Part shown: piece after piece, positions 1 to 7,777 of the stretch | How positions within the stretch are numbered: position 1 is the stretch's first letter | How the letters are laid out: each line of letters starts with the position of its first letter | Source of the DNA: an uncultured virus (IMG/VR IMGVR_UViG_3300032324_000268) | Lineage: Duplodnaviria > Heunggongvirae > Uroviricota > Caudoviricetes | Direction: 5' to 3' (one strand) | Virus record (IMG/VR): IMGVR_UViG_3300032324_000268 | DNA length: 64,000 nt | Position numbers and translations under genes: made by a program | Notes under the pieces: generated by a model | Database searches by the model: none | Told to the model about the DNA's origin: nothing | The model's input: only the letters and a program-made list of their open reading frames with translations

Positions 1-773
1 CGCTTCCAATTAGCGGGTCTGTAGAGACTGGGTTAGCGCAGCCTCTTACTGATACACAACTACGAGCACTTGCCGTTCCTATTAGCGGAACTGTTACTGC
101 GAATACTGGCTTAACTCCACTTACAGACACTCAGTTAAGAGCTTCGTCTGTCGCCGTTTCTCTCGCCTCGGTTCCTTCTCACCCCGTTACTGGACCTTTA
201 ACGGATACGCAGCTTCGAGCGGCTGCAGTTCCAGTTAGCGGAACCGTAACTGCCAATACTGGTCTAACTCAGCCGCTCACGGACACTCAACTTCGAGCCG
301 CCTCTGTCCCGGTTTCGCAAGCAACAGCAGCAAATCTTAATGCTACCGTTGTCGGGTCTGGTTCATTTACCGCGGCTCAAGCAACAGCTTCTTCACTTAA
401 AACTCAAGCACAAATCCTAAATAGCGCAGGGTCACTTATTACCTACGCCGAATCTGGTACTTATGGTAATCCAAGTGTTGACGTAATCAGCGTACAGAAC
501 CCGCAAGGCACATCAGCAACGATCGCCACATTTACAAGTACAACTGCTTCTTCATCTCTTGTTGCAGTCGCTACCTCTAGAAAAACCTTAACAGTCTATA
601 ATTCTGGTCCAGGCGATCTTAATATCTCGCCTACGGCTACTTGTACCACTACCAATTTTCAAATTAGGCTCGCAAGTAATGACTACTGGGAATGCCCAGA
701 TCAACAAGTCACTATGGCACATACGGCTGTTTTTTCATCAGCCGGGACAGCCTACGTGACCACAATAAGTTAA
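1..773 (+). CDS. 5'-truncated virion structural protein with LTDTQLRA repeats
   Basis: Open frame from nt 3 to TAA 771-773 (not in ORF track); four PLTDTQLRA repeats; abuts ATG 775. Confidence 0.75.
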   Translation, partial: LPISGSVETGLAQPLTDTQLRALAVPISGTVTANTGLTPLTDTQLRASSVAVSLASVPSHPVTGPLTDTQLRAAAVPVSGTVTANTGLTQPLTDTQLRAASVPVSQATAANLNATVVGSGSFTAAQATASSLKTQAQILNSAGSLITYAESGTYGNPSVDVISVQNPQGTSATIATFTSTTASSSLVAVATSRKTLTVYNSGPGDLNISPTATCTTTNFQIRLASNDYWECPDQQVTMAHTAVFSSAGTAYVTTIS

Positions 774-774
774 T

Positions 775-1572
775 ATGCCGTCTTTTATTGCTCAGCCGTC
801 ATACGACACGGATGCCTCAACGTTTTTTACAACGGCTGGGGTAACTAGAACAGAAGCTAGACAACAGATCTCTCGTTTTGTCACGGGCATCAAAGACCTT
901 GGCCTTTGGAGTAGTATGGTCTGCTGGCCTTTGCGCTCCTCGCAAAACGCTGGAACGGGAACGACTGTTTACTCTTTGGGTGGATACGGAATCAATAACG
1001 GAACTATGGTCGGCACATTATCTTGGGGAGCAGGAGGAATAGTTTACCCAAACGACGGCACTTTTAAGTATATCAGCACATCTTTTACAATGGCGTTTGA
1101 TTCATCAAATTCTAATTTTGCTGTGGGCGCACTAACTCCAACTGGGTCTACTTACAGAAGGTATATTGGAACACCATCTCAACCAGCTTCTCCTTTGACT
1201 GTAAATGTTCCAGCAAACACAACAACACTACTAACGATAAATAGTTGGTCTGAGTCAGTATCCTCAGACGTAACCTTTTCGAATAGAGACTTAAGCACAT
1301 TTAACTGGTTAGGAGTTTCTTGGAATTACGCAACAAGCACAAACAATGTTAATGCGCAGGTAAATTCAACATTTGGAACTGCTTCGAGAAATTCTAGTGC
1401 AACAGGAAAGAGACCATGGACGATTGGTGGAGGCCAAAGTCTAACTGATAACTTTACTGGCACGATGGCGTTTGCGTGTTACTTCCCAACAAGCGACGTA
1501 TCCCAAGCTAATAAATTGCTTTTATACACCCTCTACAAAACCACCCTCGGCCTCGGGCTAGATCTACCATAG
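775..1572 (+). CDS. LamG/concanavalin-like virion protein
   Basis: T/S/G-rich beta-type sequence; N-terminal DTDASTFF...IKDLGLWSSM helix typical of phage LamG-like proteins. Confidence 0.5.
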   Translation: MPSFIAQPSYDTDASTFFTTAGVTRTEARQQISRFVTGIKDLGLWSSMVCWPLRSSQNAGTGTTVYSLGGYGINNGTMVGTLSWGAGGIVYPNDGTFKYISTSFTMAFDSSNSNFAVGALTPTGSTYRRYIGTPSQPASPLTVNVPANTTTLLTINSWSESVSSDVTFSNRDLSTFNWLGVSWNYATSTNNVNAQVNSTFGTASRNSSATGKRPWTIGGGQSLTDNFTGTMAFACYFPTSDVSQANKLLLYTLYKTTLGLGLDLP

Positions 1573-1581
1573 GAAAAAACC

Positions 1582-2226
1582 ATGGCCGTTTACTACGCAA
1601 GAGATAAGATATTTGGGAATCTAGCTGTGCCTACCGCTAGGTGTGTTGGTCCTATATCTTCGTATGGTTCTAATGCCAACAATCTAACACTTATTAGCTC
1701 TTACGTTTCCTTTACTCCTATTTATACAAACACCGCAAGAACTATTACAACAGCTCAATTTATCGTTACCACACAAGCAACAGCTACTGGTACGCCCTCG
1801 ATACAAATTGCCATGTACAACTGTAGATTAAACCAGCTGGCACCAAGCACCCAAATAGCGAATACTTTAACCACAAACATAGTTGCTACCGCAACTGGCG
1901 TAAAAACAATAACATTCTCCCCAACTTGGGTTCTACCAAAGGGCCTAAGTTTTTTCGGTATGAACATAAAAGCAACTGCAAGTAACAACACTTGTCAAGT
2001 AAGAGGATTAGACGGTTCTGGAAGAGAAGGTTCATTTCTCGGTAACATAGGAGCTGGGTGGGATGGCACAAACCCCACAAATCAGTTTTCTAATGCCGGA
2101 ATACCCTATATCTTCATCGGTGAAAATACAAACCTATCCAGCGACTACAGCTCAACAAGCGTTGATTATTCAAACATAGGAGGTGGTCGAACAGATATCT
2201 CATACGTTGGGATATTTTTAAAATAA
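1582..2226 (+). CDS. putative virion/fibre protein
   Basis: 214 aa T/S/G/N-rich ORF in structural cluster. Confidence 0.5.
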   Translation: MAVYYARDKIFGNLAVPTARCVGPISSYGSNANNLTLISSYVSFTPIYTNTARTITTAQFIVTTQATATGTPSIQIAMYNCRLNQLAPSTQIANTLTTNIVATATGVKTITFSPTWVLPKGLSFFGMNIKATASNNTCQVRGLDGSGREGSFLGNIGAGWDGTNPTNQFSNAGIPYIFIGENTNLSSDYSSTSVDYSNIGGGRTDISYVGIFLK

Positions 2227-2227
2227 T

Positions 2228-2524
2228 ATGCCACGCCAAGAATTCTATCAAAATGGTGAACTCGTAAGAGTTGAGGACACCCGAACATTAGCCGAAGCCA
2301 TTGAGGAGAGAAAAGAGGTGTGGGCGGAGCAAACCACTCGGCTTATACGCACCAAGGTCACAGAGACCGACGAACGTAACTGTGCAAACGGAATCTACGA
2401 TGAAGACAAGAGGGCTCAGATCCTCGGCTGGGTTAACGAGTGCCGTAATAAGTATTTAGCTTGCAAGGCGACCGCACTGGCTTGCAGCACTAACGAAGAA
2501 GTAGACGCAATTCGCTACGAGTAG
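2228..2524 (+). CDS. tail fibre assembly chaperone-like (DUF4376-like)
   Basis: Helical acidic protein ending ACSTNEEVDAIRY, after fibre-like gene. Confidence 0.45.
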   Translation: MPRQEFYQNGELVRVEDTRTLAEAIEERKEVWAEQTTRLIRTKVTETDERNCANGIYDEDKRAQILGWVNECRNKYLACKATALACSTNEEVDAIRYE

Positions 2525-2535
2525 AAATACTCTTA

Positions 2536-3117
2536 ATGCCCACTGTCCTCCCATTAAAGATCCGTAAAGCTCCGACGATTTACGAGGTTAGCGCAGCGAG
2601 CAGAGCAAAGGGTAGAACAGGGAATGGCCTGATGAAGGTGAAGGGACCAAGAGCTGGAACGTTTTACGAGCCACCAGGCGCTACTGACGCCCGAAGGTGG
2701 AACTGCGGAGCTACTGGTTTTGAGTTTGTAAAGCCTTCAAGTGGGACGCCGACGTATAGGTATTATCCAAGTATGAATAGGAATAACTGGAACGACGACT
2801 TCCTTTATGGGACACCCACATATGCTGAGTCGAGCCACTCTAGATATGCTTTTTGGCAGTCCGTGTCCCCAAATCTCTACTCATTCCTCAACACTTACCA
2901 CTCTGGAGGATTGCCCGCCAACAAGCTTATTAGGGTATGGGTTTCTTGGGATAGGCTGATGGTATTTCAAATGGGCAGAGAACCTATTTACTCTCCTCAG
3001 TATCAGCTACCTAACGGCAAAATAGTGGATTGTTACTATACTCAAAAGTCTAGAGCCTATGTATATCTCCCGAACTCTTCCGCTGGTGTTTGTTGTCTGT
3101 ATGCTATCTTTGATTAG
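2536..3117 (+). CDS. hypothetical protein upstream of group I ribozyme
   Basis: 193 aa ORF, Tyr/Trp-rich. Confidence 0.65.
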   Translation: MPTVLPLKIRKAPTIYEVSAASRAKGRTGNGLMKVKGPRAGTFYEPPGATDARRWNCGATGFEFVKPSSGTPTYRYYPSMNRNNWNDDFLYGTPTYAESSHSRYAFWQSVSPNLYSFLNTYHSGGLPANKLIRVWVSWDRLMVFQMGREPIYSPQYQLPNGKIVDCYYTQKSRAYVYLPNSSAGVCCLYAIFD

Positions 3118-3125
3118 TTCTTTAA

Positions 3126-3329
3126 CAGATTATCGGCCCATACTGCTTAAATTCGGTGGAACTCTCGAGAGACTCTCGAGACAATACCGAGCCAAGACAT
3201 GCACACTTGCATGTAAGGTGTAGAGACTACTGGAGGGAAAGGAACCCTTAATGACCAGCACGAACAAGCAGGGTGTCTAACGACATCAAGATATAGTCCA
3301 ATCCACCCGGCGACGGGTTGGTATAAATG
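3126..3329 (+). ncRNA. group I intron/ribozyme catalytic core, ORF-less (5' boundary uncertain)
   Basis: P3 CTGCTT(3143)/AAGCAG(3266); P4 TTCGGT/ACCGAG; P5 TCTCGAGA hairpin; P6a ACATGCA/TGCATGT; R element AAGGTGTAGAGACTA; P7 GACTA/TAGTC; P7.1-type insertion; P8 GGTGTC-TAAC-GACATC; S element AAGATATAGTCC; P9 with GCGA tetraloop; omega-G 3329. Confidence 0.92.
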
Positions 3330-3369
3330 CGTTCCTCATTAGGGAGCGGGTCAAAGCATAGATAAGGTA

Positions 3370-3396
3370 TTGACAGATTCTAAAAGGTATTAGGAT
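3370..3396 (+). promoter_or_regulatory. sigma70-like promoter for capsid operon
   Basis: TTGACA-N15-TAGGAT; same short spacing recurs at other promoters in the window. Confidence 0.55.
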
Positions 3397-3582
3397 TTAG
3401 ATTAGCTGTCTGGAATTGGCATGGGCGTACTCGCGGGCCGCCACCGCGTTAGCTGAGACTGGGTTAGCATCGGGCAATAAAAGCTTCGGGATGCCGCCGA
3501 GGAAACCAAACACAGGAATTGCCGTACTCTTCGAGTATGGGTTTACAATTTCTTAACGTATTTCGAAAGGATATTTAATAAT

Positions 3583-4905
3583 ATGGCTACTGATTATACG
3601 AATATCGAGCAGTTGCTGATTTCTGAAAGTAATCGCATCGGCGAAGATATTTATCGCAAGACGGTTGATACGAGCCCCTGGCTCAAATTGGTTAAACAAG
3701 ATGCTTGGCCGGACGAGATGGGTGACACCGTTTCTGTCTTGGTTTACGAGCGGTCGCTTCCTTATGATGCCTCCGGACCTAAGATCAATTGGTCTGATCT
3801 TACGCAAAACGGTGGTGCTTATGGTGGCACGCTGAGCTACAACGGAACCGGAAACGCCGCCGCTAGCTCGGATTCATTCCCTGCTTCCGGTGGAACGCTT
3901 GACTTCGGTCAGACGCTTCGGACTTACGGACTGCAACACGCAGCCCTTGAATCCCCGAACATCTCGCTGAATGACCTGCGCTTCCCCGTTAAACGGAAAG
4001 AACAGCTCTCCAACATTATGCAGATCATGACTGAATCTACGACTGACGTCTGGATTCAGCGGTATCGTGATCAGTACGTTGACCAAGCCGAAAACAAGCT
4101 CTTGGCTACTTCTGCCACGGATCTTACTGGCTTGACCAACGCTGACACCGCAATCACAGGGACCATTCGCACGTTGAAGACTGGTAACAATAGTCGTGCA
4201 AACGTGTCTCCGGCCGCTGCCGACTCTTCATTCGCACACACGACTGCCGCGAATACTGGAGTTACTCAGCTGACCCAAACCATCCTTGATCGGGTGTACA
4301 TGGATCTTCTCCGTAACGGAGCAGGTGCAAACGCCTACGATCGGGCCAACGGAGCCCCTGTGTTCTTGGCGATTATGTCGCCCGAAACCAGTGATTCCTT
4401 GATTCGCGCTAATGCGGATATCCGTCAGGACTTCCGCTGGAGCGAACGAGTCAGCGAACTCCTCGCACCCCTCGGCGTACAGCGCAGCTACCGCAACTTC
4501 CATCACTTGGTCGATGCGTTTGCTCCCCGCTATAACTTGGTTAGCAACGTTTGGACTCGGATTTATCCGTTTGTCCGCACGACCAACCAGAGCCCCAACA
4601 CGAGCCGTCAAGGATTCAAGTATGAATTGAATTCTAACTACCTCACTGCCACCTACGAAGATACCATCATCTTCGTTCCCGAAGTGTTCACCAGCTTGGT
4701 TCCCAAGCCCTTGAGCATTACGGACGGCATGGAGTTCAACGCTCAGAACTATCGTGGTGAGTTCACTTGGAGGAACATCCTCGATCGCGATAACAATCCG
4801 GACGGGACCCTCGGGTTCTTCCGCGCCATTTTCAGTAACGGCGCGAAACCCATCTTCCCGCACATGGGATATGTTATCCGTCATGCGCGTAACACCATCG
4901 CCTAA
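3583..4905 (+). CDS. major capsid protein
   Basis: 440 aa; AAAGGA RBS; biased codon usage; long structured leader; followed by small decoration-like gene and strong hairpin. Confidence 0.8.
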   Translation: MATDYTNIEQLLISESNRIGEDIYRKTVDTSPWLKLVKQDAWPDEMGDTVSVLVYERSLPYDASGPKINWSDLTQNGGAYGGTLSYNGTGNAAASSDSFPASGGTLDFGQTLRTYGLQHAALESPNISLNDLRFPVKRKEQLSNIMQIMTESTTDVWIQRYRDQYVDQAENKLLATSATDLTGLTNADTAITGTIRTLKTGNNSRANVSPAAADSSFAHTTAANTGVTQLTQTILDRVYMDLLRNGAGANAYDRANGAPVFLAIMSPETSDSLIRANADIRQDFRWSERVSELLAPLGVQRSYRNFHHLVDAFAPRYNLVSNVWTRIYPFVRTTNQSPNTSRQGFKYELNSNYLTATYEDTIIFVPEVFTSLVPKPLSITDGMEFNAQNYRGEFTWRNILDRDNNPDGTLGFFRAIFSNGAKPIFPHMGYVIRHARNTIA

Positions 4906-4927
4906 TTAGGGAAAGGAGAACATATAT

Positions 4928-5221
4928 ATGGCTCTTCCTCTCTCTATTACGACACAAGATCAGGTCTTTGCGGCTGGAGTCCGCAATGTTCTGACCAATG
5001 GTGGTGCGTGGACTAACGTTGTTTCGTTGACCGCAGCCTCGGGCACGGCTTCCAACACCATTACTGGTGTTGCGACTGCTGTGGGTGCGGGTGCAACCGA
5101 CACCACTGCCGCCCTCAAAGCGGACGTGGATGCTCGTCTAGTCACGATCAACACCAACCTCAAGTCGCTAGCGGAAAAGGTTAACGAACTCATTGTTCTC
5201 GTTAACCGAGTCAACGCCTAA
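4928..5221 (+). CDS. putative capsid decoration/head fibre protein
   Basis: AAAGGAG RBS; T/A-rich N-half and C-terminal coiled coil; directly after MCP. Confidence 0.5.
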   Translation: MALPLSITTQDQVFAAGVRNVLTNGGAWTNVVSLTAASGTASNTITGVATAVGAGATDTTAALKADVDARLVTINTNLKSLAEKVNELIVLVNRVNA

Positions 5222-5230
5222 GTAATTAAT

Positions 5231-5265
5231 GGAGGCTCCTAGGGTTCTATCCCCTAGGAGTCTTC
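5231..5265 (+). terminator. 14-bp stem-loop after capsid genes (terminator or processing/stability hairpin)
   Basis: GGAGGCTCCTAGGG-TTCTATC-CCCTAGGAGTCTTC; no U-tract. Confidence 0.5.
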
Positions 5266-5275
5266 ACCTATACTT

Positions 5276-5611
5276 ATGATGTCCAATCAAGTCACAGTCC
5301 AGAAAACCCAGCAAGTAGCCAACGAGACTGGTGCTCGCGAGACCCCAGTGTCCAAGGATCTTGTGGTCTTCCCGATTCCCAATGGATTCGTCCCTCCCGA
5401 TGGTGTTCAACCAGGCCAATCGTTTGATGCGGTTTGCCGAGTTAACTTCCAAAAAGGGCAGATGATCCTTGAGTCAATCGAGGGCAACGAAGTTCGTTTA
5501 GCATCGTCCGTTGCTAAAGCTCCTAAAATCAACAAAGCTGCGTCGTTTGAAGACGCCGTTGAGGAAGGGCTTAGCGAAGACGAGACAGGCGAATATGCGG
5601 GGATGGCTTGA
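5276..5611 (+). CDS. hypothetical protein
   Basis: 111 aa ORF, co-oriented. Confidence 0.6.
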   Translation: MMSNQVTVQKTQQVANETGARETPVSKDLVVFPIPNGFVPPDGVQPGQSFDAVCRVNFQKGQMILESIEGNEVRLASSVAKAPKINKAASFEDAVEEGLSEDETGEYAGMA

Positions 5612-5879
5612 CCTAACTGCGGCTATTGCTGAACAGGCTATTGCAGATCTCGATCTAGCTATATCCCCTTGTAAAGCAAAACGCAAACCAGACTGGGCAT
5701 TTACCCCCGAACACTTCCGTGAATTCTTCGATGCCGCTGAACATTTATATCGTGTCTGTGGCTTCCGTTTGAATCCAGAGGCTGTACGTGATAGGCTTAA
5801 TAGGAAACTAAAAAAACTGGATAAAATATATGCCCCGCAAGGATGTAAACGAAATCTGCGTAAAGCTTGCAAGAATTGA
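5595..5879 (+). CDS. hypothetical protein (LxxAIxxQAxxD family)
   Basis: ATG 5595, MRGWLDLTAAIAEQAIADLD. Confidence 0.5.
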   Translation: MRGWLDLTAAIAEQAIADLDLAISPCKAKRKPDWAFTPEHFREFFDAAEHLYRVCGFRLNPEAVRDRLNRKLKKLDKIYAPQGCKRNLRKACKN

Positions 5880-6060
5880 TACCAAGCTTGATGGCATTGT
5901 TGACCTGATTAAGCGTCACGATGAGACGCTCGAGTCGCAAGATGGTCGTTTGCGTCACGTCGAAAAGCATGTTAATGTTGTTGTTGGTTGGGCAGGTGCA
6001 GTTGGCTTATTTGCTTCACTTGTCGGAACTTGGATTCAAGAGAAGTTAACTGGCCGTTAA
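5830..6060 (+). CDS. coiled-coil plus single-TM protein (holin/XhlA-like)
   Basis: Coiled coil followed by C-terminal hydrophobic segment; start of lysis cluster. Confidence 0.5.
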   Translation: MPRKDVNEICVKLARIDTKLDGIVDLIKRHDETLESQDGRLRHVEKHVNVVVGWAGAVGLFASLVGTWIQEKLTGR

Positions 6061-6082
6061 TTGCTTGCTTATTCACAGCTCT

Positions 6083-6493
6083 ATGACACAATCAGTCATG
6101 GGCTTAGTATTTCTGGTAGCTTTGCTCCTTTGTGGATGCACTACCGTTTCCCAAAGAGGTCTTCCGAATTTCTCCACCACGGAGGCTAGGCTTGATGCGG
6201 CCTCATCAGTTGCTAACCCAGAAGCCAAAGTGCATATAGAGGCCGCTAGGGAGCAATTAAAGGCCGCTAAAGAGGCTTGTTTCGCCAATACCGAACAGCT
6301 TGAGCAAGCCATTAAGGAGAAAAACGAAGCTATCAAGGATGTAGAGGTTTGGAAGGGTAAGCAACGTAAAGCCTTAAAGGAGCTTTGGATCTACCGAGGA
6401 GCTCTTATCGCTTTAGGGCTATGGGTGTTTAGAGGATTCCTTTTCAGTGGCGTAATGTTTATTGCCCGTAAATTTGTGGGAGTTCCTTGGTGA
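6083..6493 (+). CDS. lipoprotein with C-terminal TM, candidate unimolecular spanin
   Basis: Hydrophobic signal plus LCGC lipobox, helical middle, C-terminal hydrophobic segment. Confidence 0.5.
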   Translation: MTQSVMGLVFLVALLLCGCTTVSQRGLPNFSTTEARLDAASSVANPEAKVHIEAAREQLKAAKEACFANTEQLEQAIKEKNEAIKDVEVWKGKQRKALKELWIYRGALIALGLWVFRGFLFSGVMFIARKFVGVPW

Positions 6494-6831
6494 AACGCTG
6501 GTTATTCTCCAATTTCCAAGGACTTCTTGCACTGGCTGTTGCCACGACGATTTTCTTTTTCTTGGGGCCAATACTCCAAGGATTTGACACCACCGCAGGT
6601 ACAGTTGATCTGGGTTCACTACATGTTCTAGCCTTCGGCGGTGTCCGCTTTCTTTTCTGCACATTCTTAGCTTGGTCAGTTCTCCAGATGGACTGGAAGA
6701 TTTTGGATAAATATATTGATCGTGGTCTTTTACAAGATGACTGGAAAGATGCTTTCCCAAAGACAAGATTATATGTTTTCGTAGCCGTTTACGGAATCTT
6801 GCTTTTGGCCGCCATTTTATCATGCCGCTGA
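6487..6831 (+). CDS. putative holin (3 TM)
   Basis: Three hydrophobic segments; overlaps endolysin start. Confidence 0.55.
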   Translation: MVKRWLFSNFQGLLALAVATTIFFFLGPILQGFDTTAGTVDLGSLHVLAFGGVRFLFCTFLAWSVLQMDWKILDKYIDRGLLQDDWKDAFPKTRLYVFVAVYGILLLAAILSCR

Positions 6832-7346
6832 TTTATGTTCTGGTTATTGCGATTCTTACCTACCCGCTGGTTGGTAAAGGAGCTACGTCGCCGAGGGAAC
6901 TCATCGTTGACCAGGCAAGAGCAGCAATCGGGATTCGGGAAGCCACGGGTCGGAACGACGGGGCCGTGGTGGACGAGATCCTTTCATCCGTAGATCTCGA
7001 AGGCACTAAAGCTCCTTGGTGTGCCGCCTTTGTTGTTTGGGTTGGCGATAAAGCTTTAACACGTCCTTTCAACCCTTATCCTAGAACCGCTTGGTCTCCG
7101 ACTATGCTTGTTCGACCTACTTGGGATAGAACTAGGGGTGGCAAGCCCTTACAACCAGCGGATGTGTTTGGCGTCTGGTTCAACAGTATGGGTAGGGTTG
7201 CCCATACGGGTATCGTAGAGAAAAACGAGGGGGAGTGGATCGTGACTATTGAGGGCAATACAAATGGTGGTGGATCTAGGGATGGAGACGGTGTTTATAG
7301 ACGGCGAAGGCTTGCTAGAAACATTCTTGGGAGGTCTTGGCTATGA
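6822..7346 (+). CDS. CHAP-domain endolysin with N-terminal signal
   Basis: PWCAAFV, HTGIV, IEGNT catalytic motifs; hydrophobic N-terminus. Confidence 0.85.
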   Translation: MPLIYVLVIAILTYPLVGKGATSPRELIVDQARAAIGIREATGRNDGAVVDEILSSVDLEGTKAPWCAAFVVWVGDKALTRPFNPYPRTAWSPTMLVRPTWDRTRGGKPLQPADVFGVWFNSMGRVAHTGIVEKNEGEWIVTIEGNTNGGGSRDGDGVYRRRRLARNILGRSWL

Positions 7347-7768
7347 GTTTACGCATTGGAGCTATTGGCGTGCAACGAGTGGCCGCAAAACTCTTAGAGC
7401 AAGGTTTTTTGGTTTGCACACCCGTAATTGACGAAGGGTACGATTTAATAACCGATTGGAGAGGCAAACTCAAAAGAGTCCAAGTTAAGACGACCTCTGG
7501 AGCCTCAGACACAAAGACACGCAACAAGCTTAAATTTTTGGCTGTAAAAGGCCCTGGGTATGGGTACGGAGCTCTTCTTAAAGCTTGCAAGAAAAAGGTG
7601 ATCTACAACAAAACTGACTGCGATATCTTTATTTTCTACCACATCCCACAAGATGCCGTGTTTGTAATCCCACGGGCAAAGCTACCCAAGACGAAGTCTA
7701 TCTACTTCGCCGCAAACTCTGGCTGGAGAGATAACTGGGATGTCTTGCGAAATATAAAGAAGGGTTAA
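7337..7768 (+). CDS. PD-(D/E)XK endonuclease (PDDEXK_5-like)
   Basis: YDLITD...RVQVKT...DIFIFY...VFVIP pattern. Confidence 0.75.
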   Translation: MAMSLRIGAIGVQRVAAKLLEQGFLVCTPVIDEGYDLITDWRGKLKRVQVKTTSGASDTKTRNKLKFLAVKGPGYGYGALLKACKKKVIYNKTDCDIFIFYHIPQDAVFVIPRAKLPKTKSIYFAANSGWRDNWDVLRNIKKG

Positions 7769-7777
7769 ACTCTAAAC

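Noticed and set aside
24..37. 14-nt exact repeat GAGACTGGGTTAGC also at 3455-3468, with GTAGAGACT resembling the intron R element
   Set aside because: Several 14-mer repeats are expected by chance in 64 kb; lies in coding sequence with no other intron elements
40..300. Spaced repeats resembling a CRISPR array
   Set aside because: In-frame peptide repeats with wobble variation, not identical DNA repeats
3090..3365. tRNA host for the group I element
   Set aside because: Flanks lack D/T arms and acceptor stem; only a short closing duplex CTTTGATT/GGTCAAAG is seen
4228..4884. 218-aa antisense ORF in capsid gene (also 15053-15754, 17190-17702 and many others)
   Set aside because: Shadow ORFs from codon bias of the sense genes; no motifs or initiation signals
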